This document shows, in pieces, positions 29,144 to 38,291 of a stretch of 64,000 nucleotides of DNA; positions within the stretch are counted from its first letter, which is position 1; each line of letters opens with the position of its first letter. The position numbers and the translations under genes were made by a program. The notes beneath the pieces are model-generated. The model was not told the DNA's origin. It was given only the letters and a program-made list of their open reading frames with translations, and ran no database searches. Source of the stretch: an uncultured Gammaproteobacteria bacterium (GTDB lineage: Bacteria > Pseudomonadota > Gammaproteobacteria > Eutrophobiales > Eutrophobiaceae); assembly GCA_958295485.1 (NCBI GenBank), contig OY282354.1, positions 2,083,417 through 2,147,416 of the forward strand, written 5' to 3'.

Positions 29144-29243
29144 AGCGAATACTATTAGCGCTGACTAAGGTTTATGGTACTAAATCAATTTAAATATTAC
29201 CTGCTTATAAGCAGTATGCAAAACCTTTTTGTCTGGCAGCATC
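29144..29243 (-). repeat. Right copy of the 100-bp inverted duplication; contains operator 5 (29176-29201)
   Basis: Reverse complement is 82/100 identical to 15839-15938; operator GGTACTAAATCAATTTAAATATTACC. Confidence 0.9.
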
Positions 29244-29373
29244 CCTGCGTCCCGGTTGTCGGTCGCCCGAGTGACTCGCGAACGCCCTTAAACCGGCATT
29301 CCGGGGGTAACCGCCTCGAACAGGATCAGGCTTGGAATATGTAGAATTGTGTAGAGGTCTGCGGGGAGCCGGG

Positions 29374-29424
29374 AGATGATGCAGATAACTGGTTTGTTAC
29401 CGGCGATGTTGCGACAATTGATCC
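29374..29424 (+). pseudogene. Short acyl-CoA ligase remnant
   Basis: DDADNWFVTGDVATIDP resembles the GWF.TGDVATID motif of acyl-CoA ligases. Confidence 0.45.
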
Positions 29425-29443
29425 TGTGCGTTGCGCTCAATCA

Positions 29444-29482
29444 TCCTTGCATATTTAATATTGAATATTAAATATGCAAGGA
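29444..29482. repeat. 39-bp AT-rich perfect palindrome
   Basis: TCCTTGCATATTTAATATT-G-AATATTAAATATGCAAGGA (19-bp arms, 1-nt centre). Confidence 0.9.
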
Positions 29483-29592
29483 AAATAGAAAAGTGGACTC
29501 ATATGGAATATCGTAAATATCAGCAGGGACAAATTCGCGGTTTCATGGTTAAATATTGTTCATTGGCAACAGCAAACCCGGAGGAAAACACC

Positions 29593-29859
29593 ATGGCTGG
29601 CGGTTTCACCAAAGACGGGGCAGTCCAGGACCAGATCGATGCGACCATCGAAGATGCGGTAAAGAACGCCCGCAGTCGCCTGCCGCAAGGGGCAAGTCTT
29701 GCTGAATGTGAAGCCTGTGGCGATGACATACCCGAAGCGCGTCAGGCCGCCATTCCGGGTGTCCGCTTGTGCGTAACCTGCCAATCCGAACGGGACCAGG
29801 CGCAGGAGCAGTTCAGCGGATATAACCGCCGGGGTAGCAAGGACAGCCAATTGAGGTAA
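29593..29859 (+). CDS. ybiI: DksA/TraR-family C4 zinc finger protein (YbiI)
   Basis: Start ATG 29593 after GGAGG; MAGGFTKDGAVQDQI, CEAC..IPEAR..AIPGVRLCVTCQ, YNRRGSKDSQLR. Confidence 0.9.
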   Translation: MAGGFTKDGAVQDQIDATIEDAVKNARSRLPQGASLAECEACGDDIPEARQAAIPGVRLCVTCQSERDQAQEQFSGYNRRGSKDSQLR

Positions 29860-30145
29860 GTCAGGCAGGCGCTCGACCCGCCAAATTCCTTCCAAGATCA
29901 AGGATGCCTGATCACATCCTGGGATCGATTAGATATGATACTCAACCGGCGTGAAAGGCCGCTTCTAACCCGCGTATCTAACCAATCCGCTTTTCATCAA
30001 CGGAAAATTATTTTCTATCAATGAGTTACAGTGATTATATCACTTTATTTCTATCACAGTTTGAAGCGTGAAATCATTGAAGATATTTTGCATGAGATGC
30101 TTGTGTCCTATGGACTGCAACCAGTTAAGACTGTCTGATTTCGCG

Positions 30146-31192
30146 TTATTGCGCCAGTGGGGTTTGAATCCTGTCCACAAACATGTTGATGAAGCGCGGC
30201 CAGTCGAGATCATATTGAACGTCTACCTGCCTGGCCCCTTCCGCGCCGGGCCATAACTTGCGGCCACCAACTGATACGCCATAGCTGATTCCATGTTCTA
30301 TATTCACGTCAACGTATAATCGTTCCTTGCTGACAAGCGCAGGGTCGATGAGACTCGCTACTGCAATCTGGTCATACATGAAGTCCAGCCTGTCCGGTTC
30401 GTTTTCAAAACGGGGGCCTAAAGTAACTTTGAGAAGTCGCGTAAGAGGGGTATCCGTCTCCACCATCTTTTCATACCAATGCCTGGTCAACGCACTTTTG
30501 CGGGAAACATTGAGGGGAGACAATTCGATCGGAATGCCGGAACGAAGAGTGACATACGCGGCTTCCGGGTCTACCCAGAAATTGAATTCAGCGTTTGGCG
30601 TAATATTTCCACTACCGTCCGGCAGGAGCGCTATCGCGCCTCCCATGATAACCATCCGCTTTACTTTTTTCGCAAAACCGGGGTCGGCCCGAATTGCTTG
30701 CGCAATGTTCGTCAACGGCCCGATTGCAACCAATGTCACCTCGTGGGGATTTGTCAGAACTGTTTTGACTATAAATGATACTGCGCTTTCGGGAGCCGCC
30801 TTTTTATTCGCATAACCCCCCGGAGGCGCCGGTGGGGGCTCGTTTGAATACCACCTGCCGTATTCACGCACCGCAAAATCACTCTTTTCGTGAACAAGTG
30901 GCATATCTGCCCCCCTGTGCACGGGGATAGCGGTTTGATTCGCTATCTCCAGCATCCTTAAAACGTCGGACGTGGCGCGCTCAACGCTATCGTTGCCTGC
31001 TACTGTAGTAATCCCCAGTATCTCGATTTCCGGCGACTGCATCGCTAACATCAACGCCATGCTGTCATCTTGAGGGGGCATTACAAAGTCGGTATCAAAA
31101 ATAATTTTGATACGCTCTCCACTTTGCGCCGCGCTCATGCCAGCTGACGTGAATATCAATATACCTAAGACTAACAGCAATACCCTTCTCAT
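30146..31192 (-). CDS. Secreted nucleoside hydrolase (IUNH family)
   Basis: Signal peptide; DTD....QDD, GITTVAGN, IGPLTNIA, MGGA, NAEFNFWVDPEAA. Confidence 0.88.
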   Translation of the reverse strand: MRRVLLLVLGILIFTSAGMSAAQSGERIKIIFDTDFVMPPQDDSMALMLAMQSPEIEILGITTVAGNDSVERATSDVLRMLEIANQTAIPVHRGADMPLVHEKSDFAVREYGRWYSNEPPPAPPGGYANKKAAPESAVSFIVKTVLTNPHEVTLVAIGPLTNIAQAIRADPGFAKKVKRMVIMGGAIALLPDGSGNITPNAEFNFWVDPEAAYVTLRSGIPIELSPLNVSRKSALTRHWYEKMVETDTPLTRLLKVTLGPRFENEPDRLDFMYDQIAVASLIDPALVSKERLYVDVNIEHGISYGVSVGGRKLWPGAEGARQVDVQYDLDWPRFINMFVDRIQTPLAQ

Positions 31193-31497
31193 CAGAACAC
31201 CTCGCAGCTATAGTTCCAGTATGAACATGATGTCAACCCAAAATAGCAATGTCCCCTTTTCCCCAAAGCAGATGCCCCCTTTTAACCCAACATTATAACC
31301 CGGATGTTTGTTTTTCAACGGATGCGCCGGCGATCACTGTCCGGATTCTGGTAACGCAGGCGCCTGAAAAATCTTCCTCCGACAGCGCGCCCGGTGGACG
31401 GATGGCCCAGGCCGGCGTGGAAACGGATTGCTTCGAGTAAGACCCCAGCAACAACCCCAGAATACTCATGGAGCCCACCATATGGGCGCATTCACAT

Positions 31498-32532
31498 TTA
31501 CCCTGCGAGCTCACCCAGTACGGCGTTCCACGCGTGAGCCAGGTTAGCCCGATCGTAACCGCCGCCGCCGAACGCCATGATACGTCCCCTGGCGAACTTA
31601 TCCGCCAGCATGACCATGCGGCGCGTCGCATGTCCGTGCACGGCAGGAGAATATTCGAGTTGCGCCAACGGATCACCCTTGAGGCCGTCGGCGCCACATT
31701 GAAAGATGAAGAACTCCGGTTGGTATGCTTCGAAATGCCCTTCAATACGCGGCCAGGCCTCCATGAACTCGGCATCGCCCGAAAACGGCGGAAGCTCAAT
31801 GTTGAGCTTGGCGCCTTCTGCCCTGCCCTTGCCTGTTTCGTGCGCCCGACCCGTGCCGGGATAAAGCGTGCGCCCATCCTGGTGAATATCCGCAAAAATC
31901 AGGTCCGGATCGTCTTCGAACGCGTAAAACACGCCATCGCCGTGATGCACATCAATATCGAGATAACCGACGCGCTGAACATCGTATACGCGGCGCAATG
32001 TTTCGATCACTACTCCGAGATCATTGAACACGCAGAATCCGGCAGCACGACCGCGCGCCGCGTGATGGAGTCCGCCAATGGGTTGCAGACTGCGCAAGCA
32101 ATGCCCGTCCATCACCTGTGCGAGCCCATCGAGGGCTGCGCCGACGACGTGCGCAGAGGCGCGATACACCCCGGGAAAGACCGGCGTATCACCGTCATCG
32201 AGCAGACGCACACCCTTCTCTTCTGCCGTGAACACCCGTTCGACGTATTCGTCGCGATGAAAACGGACCAACTCCTCGCGTAACGCCTCACGTGAATCTC
32301 GCCTGGTTGTATGCTCGATCAGACCCCGTTCAACCGCTTCACGCAAAAACGCGCCCTGGCGATCGATACCCAATGGATGACCGTCTGGGAAACCATAGGA
32401 GGCCAAGTGGTCATCAACGTATAGATTCACGCTCTTATCACCCGCCTGAACAAGGCGTAGCCCCGGGGGTAGTGAAGCAAGCATCGCAGTCGCGGCCGAT
32501 GTCTGCATTATCGCGCGGCGGAGGCGGTTCAC
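31498..32532 (-). CDS. Histone-deacetylase-family amidohydrolase (AcuC/acetylpolyamine deacetylase-like) with a Tat-like signal
   Basis: GGLHHA, GFCVFND, YLDIDVHHGDG, QCGADGL.GDPL, GGGGY; N-terminus MNRLRRAIMQ...VQA. Confidence 0.88.
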   Translation of the reverse strand: MNRLRRAIMQTSAATAMLASLPPGLRLVQAGDKSVNLYVDDHLASYGFPDGHPLGIDRQGAFLREAVERGLIEHTTRRDSREALREELVRFHRDEYVERVFTAEEKGVRLLDDGDTPVFPGVYRASAHVVGAALDGLAQVMDGHCLRSLQPIGGLHHAARGRAAGFCVFNDLGVVIETLRRVYDVQRVGYLDIDVHHGDGVFYAFEDDPDLIFADIHQDGRTLYPGTGRAHETGKGRAEGAKLNIELPPFSGDAEFMEAWPRIEGHFEAYQPEFFIFQCGADGLKGDPLAQLEYSPAVHGHATRRMVMLADKFARGRIMAFGGGGYDRANLAHAWNAVLGELAG

Positions 32533-32844
32533 TGCGTCTCCTCATATGCCGGACCACCGGCTGTTAATAACCGGAGTTCATCGTAGTGAAACACACGAAC
32601 TTCCAAAGCATGATCATAGCCTTATCCTCATAGTTGCCAGTTAGACGCCCGCGGCGTGAGAAGCAATGACGTATCCCCTGAAAAATCCTTCAAGTCGATC
32701 CAATAACGTTGAACAAAACCATTTTGTTCCCTTGGATACTCCTCAGTGTCAGGCATGCCGCCATTTCTAATAATAGCGCGTACTGATGCTTTATTCCTCT
32801 TATCACAAGTAACGAGCGCATTCCCTATTCCTTTTTTTAACGCT

Positions 32845-33084
32845 TCATCCCTGTTGGTTTGTTTTCTTGTAAACCGGCAGCAGCAGGGTTATGAAAGCTG
32901 AAATAACCATAACAATCACGGCTGTTATCAACACTTCCATATAAGATCCGTAAGTTTCAAAGGCAAGGCCAAAAGCATAGGGCCCAAGTGATGCGCCAAA
33001 TGCAAATTGCCCCGGCCCGGTGGACATGGCAACGGCCGACACCGCCACGGTCCACCAACCATGATAAGTAACGCGGCTTTCCAT
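32845..33084 (-). pseudogene. Internally deleted MFS transporter (N-terminal helix fused to C-terminal helices)
   Basis: YHGWWTVAV (typical MFS start) joined in frame to GASLGPYAFGLAFETYGSY (typical MFS end) within 79 aa. Confidence 0.6.
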
Positions 33085-33261
33085 ATCGCCTGTATCAAAC
33101 ACATGACGTGATAGCATCAGAGGCATTCTTTTTTAATGATAATATCATTCTATACTATGCGATATGGCAAGTAACATGCGACCCATACATCCCGGCAAGC
33201 ATTTGAGGGATGAATTAAATGCTTGATACCAAAATTAAAGCCCTGACCCTTTAGCCTGTTA

Positions 33262-33420
33262 ACCAGGTGTTCCTCGATCAGTTTCAGGTATTTGACGAAT
33301 TGCGAAAAAACCAGCGCCTTGTGCTGGTTAGCGAGCAGGTTACCTAAAGGTCTCGGCGAATGCCTCCAGCTTGGAACTCCCCGGCGCGTTTGTAAACGAA
33401 AAAACCATCCAGGGATTCCA
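33262..33420 (-). pseudogene. Frameshifted fragment of an SNF2-family helicase C-terminal domain
   Basis: SSKLEAFAET / frameshift near 33345 / LGNLLANQHKALVFSQFVKYLKLIEEHL. Confidence 0.7.
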
Positions 33421-33506
33421 GACTGCTGGCCTGAACAAGGACAAGGACTTGACGACGGCACCGGTAGCGTATTAGAATATACCATCATGTTATCAGAATT
33501 GCAGTC

Positions 33507-33760
33507 ATGCCATCACTTGTAAGAACGCAGGTCCAACTGACGAAAGAACAAGCCCGGGACCTCAAAGCGCAAGCGCGCAGCGAAGAACGTTCAATGGCCG
33601 ACCTGGTGCGCGAGAGTGTCGCCGAGTATCTGGCGCGACGACCCATGAGGGACCGTCGCGAGCTTATCCGTCGCGCCCGCGACTTGGCCGGGCGCTACCA
33701 CTCAGGTTGCCCGGATGTCGCAGAAAACCACGACCGCTATCTCGAGGATGCGTTTGACTC

Positions 33761-33764
<4 letters not shown>
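33507..33764 (+). CDS. CopG/ribbon-helix-helix antitoxin (VapB-like)
   Basis: VRTQVQLT...L...AR....SMADLVRESVAEYL; C-terminal DVAENHDRYL; GTGA overlap with the PIN-domain start. Confidence 0.8.
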
Positions 33765-34693
<929 letters not shown>

Positions 34694-34827
34694 GGCAACA
34701 CTCTCTTATTTGTACATGTTCAAAGTGTACATATATACCGATGTCATTACAATATTTCTACCTTGAAATTATACAAACGAGGGTGTCGCAAAAGGGCCGG
34801 GAGAGGGACGCTCAGGCTCAGGCAGGC

Positions 34828-34909
34828 GACTTTGATCTCACGGAGGCAGGCCCTGCGCCTGCCCTGCTCCATGCCGGCAGGTACCAGGGGCAACTCGCCC
34901 CTGCGGGTC
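34828..34909 (+). repeat. Degenerate REP-like element, homologue of 44865-44957
   Basis: GGCAGGCCCTGCGCCTGCCC...ATGCCGG...GGGCAAC..GCCCCTGCGGGTC aligns by eye to the glcD-glcE copy, with a deletion in the second arm. Confidence 0.65.
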
Positions 34910-34965
34910 ATCGCCAGTGACAGTGATGGCGCTCTTGTGGTCTCTCCGCAGGTGGGATATACGAA

Positions 34966-36231
34966 TTAATCACGCTTGAAATAACCACGGGTATGATCGA
35001 TGGTCTGTATGCCGCGAGCATGTTTGCTGGCAAACCGGCGCCACATGGTCAATTCGACGTCCGGTTGAAACAGCCGCTCTCGTTGCCAACCGTCTTCCTC
35101 AGCGTAATATTTGTGTAGCTGTTCACGGGCAAAGGCGTCATCCACGGTAAATCCTTCCACTGCCGGCACTTCCCACATGATCCGGCCATCCTCGCCCAAC
35201 CAACGTTCCGCTTCTTCCTCATCGTCAGTATGAATCACGCCGAACTGAAAATACGTGTGCACGTCCTTGCTCTTAGGCACGTAGAACTCATAGTGGGTGC
35301 AATGGGGCGCGGGGAACGTGGTGACTTTCAAGGAACAAGGCATCCACAAGCCGACGGTGCCCAGACGAATGATGTCGGTCAACTGCGCCAGTTCCTCTGT
35401 GGACTTGCCTCTTGCCAGGGGCAGGACCAGGTCTTTTCGACCGCCGTTCCTGAGCGGGATGGACGCTTCATGCTTGAATTCCGTCTTTTCCACCTTGCGG
35501 GTAAAACCTTTTGGCCCGTCTTCATCTTCAACGTAGCGGGTTGTATCCAGCACGTCTTCCCTGGTGGATGTATAACCATAGGACGTGTGCATGCCGGCAT
35601 TGATGCACATCTCAGACCAGTTGTGAATAAACTGGTGACCGGGATCATAGCCATTCTCACAACCCAATCGCCAATTAGCCTTGATGTCATAGGGCTCGCC
35701 ACAGTAGACCACGGCATTGTCATCCAGCAGGCCCGGCGCCAGATCATGGCGCAGCGGCGGCGGTTCAATATCACCAATAAAGATAAAGATGATGCCTTTT
35801 TGCTCCTCGGCCGGATAGACCTTGGTCTTGCATTTGCCTATCATCTTTGATTCTGGCGAGCTGAGTATGGTACGCAGGCTGCCGTCTTCCAGGTCAAACG
35901 TCCAGGTGTGATACCAGCAGGTTAAAGTCTCCCTGGTGTAGAACAGCGGCCGGGCCGAGAAACGCATCCCGCGGTGAGGACACCGGTCCTCCAGGGCATG
36001 GACTTTCCCATTCTGGCGAGTGATTAAAATTTCCTCCCCCAGCAATTCAATCCCCTTGGCGGCGCCTTCGTCAAGATGCCGCGACAACGCCGCAGGGTAC
36101 CAGTAATTACGGAACCCCCATTCCGCATCGAGCCAGACCTGCCAGGGTTTCTTCGCCCGCGTTGTCCTGGCCCTGGCTTGCTCAACGTGGCCCTGGGTTT
36201 CTTCCAGCAGGGTTTTGGTTATTTCAGTCAT
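34966..36231 (-). CDS. Rieske non-haem iron oxygenase alpha subunit, CarAa/OxoO (homotrimeric) type
   Basis: WGFRNYWYP, DRCPHRG...TCWYHTW Rieske motif, NWRLGCENGYDPGHQFIH iron motif, F.VDDAFARE. Confidence 0.88.
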   Translation of the reverse strand: MTEITKTLLEETQGHVEQARARTTRAKKPWQVWLDAEWGFRNYWYPAALSRHLDEGAAKGIELLGEEILITRQNGKVHALEDRCPHRGMRFSARPLFYTRETLTCWYHTWTFDLEDGSLRTILSSPESKMIGKCKTKVYPAEEQKGIIFIFIGDIEPPPLRHDLAPGLLDDNAVVYCGEPYDIKANWRLGCENGYDPGHQFIHNWSEMCINAGMHTSYGYTSTREDVLDTTRYVEDEDGPKGFTRKVEKTEFKHEASIPLRNGGRKDLVLPLARGKSTEELAQLTDIIRLGTVGLWMPCSLKVTTFPAPHCTHYEFYVPKSKDVHTYFQFGVIHTDDEEEAERWLGEDGRIMWEVPAVEGFTVDDAFAREQLHKYYAEEDGWQRERLFQPDVELTMWRRFASKHARGIQTIDHTRGYFKRD

Positions 36232-36286
36232 AGAGTTTGAATTTATAATCCGGCTTGTCGATTAGCGCAAGCTCTTTATTTGCCAG

Positions 36287-36352
36287 CTTACCCCTTCAGG
36301 CAAACCCTTGGGCCAGTGCATGATCATCGGTATCCGCGCCGCTTCATCATAT
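36287..36352 (-). pseudogene. Short sulfatase remnant
   Basis: YDEAARIPMIMHWPKGLPEG matches the sulfatase YE...RVP.I.RWPG motif. Confidence 0.55.
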
Positions 36353-36465
36353 TAGCGGGAATTGCCGCTCTATGGCGAGCTTTGTATCCATTAACGTATA
36401 ATGCAATATCTATCGAGTGATTACAGCTTGTAAAACCAAATCAAGGGTATCTTCCCGGGAGATAA

Positions 36466-37776
36466 ATGAAACTTGCCGTCAGCATCCTGATTTTCGGCAT
36501 TGTACTGCATAGCCTTGGCAGTCCCTCGACCGCTTTGGCGGCAACGCCGCCAAACATCGTTTTGATCCTTGCGGACGATCTTGGCTATGGCGATATCGGT
36601 GTCTACGGCGCGACGCTCATCAAGACACCGCACCTCGACCGGTTGGCTGGCGAAGGCATGCGCCTCACAAATTTTTATGCAAGCGCCAACGTCTGTAGTC
36701 CGTCGCGCGCCGGCATCATGACCGGTCGCTACGCGATTCGAGACGGATTGGCTGACAAAACGATCACCGTCACGGATCAGCGTGGATTGCCTGACCGGGT
36801 GACGACGGTCGCATCGATGTTGAAGCGCAACGCTTATCGAACGGGGTTGATTGGCAAGTGGCACCTGGGGCATCACTTGCCAGGGCAGCGTCCAAACGCC
36901 CACGGGTTTGATTTCTTCTATGGATTGCTGCAACCCAACGATGCCGCCGGACTGATTATGTACCGCAATACCGAACCCGCCGGCGAACCCATTGACCAAG
37001 GCGCGCTGACCCGGCGTTTTACCGAAGAGGCGGTCAGGTTCATAGAACGCAATTCCGGTGCGCCGTTCTTTCTTTACATGTCCCACAGCGCGCCGCACAT
37101 CCCCCTGGTTCCATCCCCTGCGTTCGCAAATACTTCCCAGGCCGGCGCCTATGGCGATGTTGTGCAGGAACTCGACTGGAGCGTCGGCCAGTTACTCGAC
37201 GCCATAGGACGCAACGGCCTGGCGGACAAAACGGTAATCATATTTACCAGTGACAACGGCCCGTTTCCGGAAGGCAGCGCCGGCGGGTTGCGCGGCGGCA
37301 AGGGCACTGCCTGGGACGGCGGTTACCGCGTGCCGTTCATCGCTCGCTGGCCCGGTCACATCCCTGCCGCCGGCATGGCAAGCGCAATGGCCATGAATAT
37401 CGACTTGCTGCCGACTTTCGCGGCAATGGCTAGTGCGTCATTACCGCAGTCCATGCAATTAGATGGCCGGAGTATCTTACCCATCATGAGCGGCGATGCG
37501 GACGAATCACCGCACAAGGCGCTGTATTTCTTCAACAACGAACGCATAGCGGCGGTACGCACCCAGAACTGGAAGATGCTGATTCGGGCCCGCTATCTTG
37601 GTATAGACCGCCAGCTGCCGGAGCACGGCGTCTTGCTGTTGTTCGATATGCAGGGAGACCCAATGGAACGTTACAGCATGGCGGCGCATCGGCCTGACAA
37701 GTGGCGGGAGCTACAGGCGCACCTGGCGCGCGGGCAGCGGGAACTCGAATCATTGGCGCTGCCTCCCACAAAATGA
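36466..37776 (+). CDS. Secreted arylsulfatase (S1, Cys-type formylglycine)
   Basis: PNIVLILADDLGYGD, CSPSRAGIMTGRY, GKWHLG, FTSDNG. Confidence 0.92.
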   Translation: MKLAVSILIFGIVLHSLGSPSTALAATPPNIVLILADDLGYGDIGVYGATLIKTPHLDRLAGEGMRLTNFYASANVCSPSRAGIMTGRYAIRDGLADKTITVTDQRGLPDRVTTVASMLKRNAYRTGLIGKWHLGHHLPGQRPNAHGFDFFYGLLQPNDAAGLIMYRNTEPAGEPIDQGALTRRFTEEAVRFIERNSGAPFFLYMSHSAPHIPLVPSPAFANTSQAGAYGDVVQELDWSVGQLLDAIGRNGLADKTVIIFTSDNGPFPEGSAGGLRGGKGTAWDGGYRVPFIARWPGHIPAAGMASAMAMNIDLLPTFAAMASASLPQSMQLDGRSILPIMSGDADESPHKALYFFNNERIAAVRTQNWKMLIRARYLGIDRQLPEHGVLLLFDMQGDPMERYSMAAHRPDKWRELQAHLARGQRELESLALPPTK

Positions 37777-38291
37777 AACCCATCTATAGCTTGTTTCTGA
37801 TCCTGCTGCTGGCGCTCGGATTCACAATCGTCGTACTCGTCACTCCCGAGCCGGCCAATGGTCACGGCATTGCCCATCTCCAATTTCCCGGCATGAAACA
37901 GGTCGGCGATGCCCTGGGCGCGGCCCGGCCCGTGTTAATCCCTGGCTTGGCGTTAGGTGTGTTGATGTACATGTTAGTCGCTACCCTGATCTACCTGAGC
38001 GTGCCTGAACGTAAACGCTCCCGCCCCTTCCTGCTCAGTGTACTTGCGGCCTTGCTGGTTGCCTTGCTCGCATGGATTTCACTTACAACCACCTATCAAC
38101 ATTATTTATCAGAAAATGAACTGACCCTGATACTCGGCTTTCCCGTTCCTACTATCCTGATGCTGTTGGCTGTCTGGTTGGCGCCACTGTGTTTTACGCT
38201 GATCTTTGTCGCGGGTTTTCGTCATTGGATTTATACGGAAGAAGATGAAGCGCGTTTTAATTCACTGATGGAAAAGGCGAAAAAACAATGA
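37773..38291 (+). CDS. Small multi-pass membrane protein coupled to the symporter
   Basis: ATG 37773 overlaps the sulfatase stop (ATGA); four hydrophobic segments; overlaps the symporter start. Confidence 0.7.
   Translation: MKPIYSLFLILLLALGFTIVVLVTPEPANGHGIAHLQFPGMKQVGDALGAARPVLIPGLALGVLMYMLVATLIYLSVPERKRSRPFLLSVLAALLVALLAWISLTTTYQHYLSENELTLILGFPVPTILMLLAVWLAPLCFTLIFVAGFRHWIYTEEDEARFNSLMEKAKKQ

Noticed and set aside
15839..29243. Classical composite or Tn3-type transposon
   Set aside because: No transposase, resolvase or target-site duplication is visible; kept only as an unexplained inverted duplication.
29431..29592. N-terminal extension of ybiI in the ORF track
   Set aside because: It runs through AT-rich palindromic DNA; ATG 29593 has a GGAGG RBS and the family-typical start.
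31468..32283. 271-aa plus-strand ORF
   Set aside because: Antisense shadow of the deacetylase gene.
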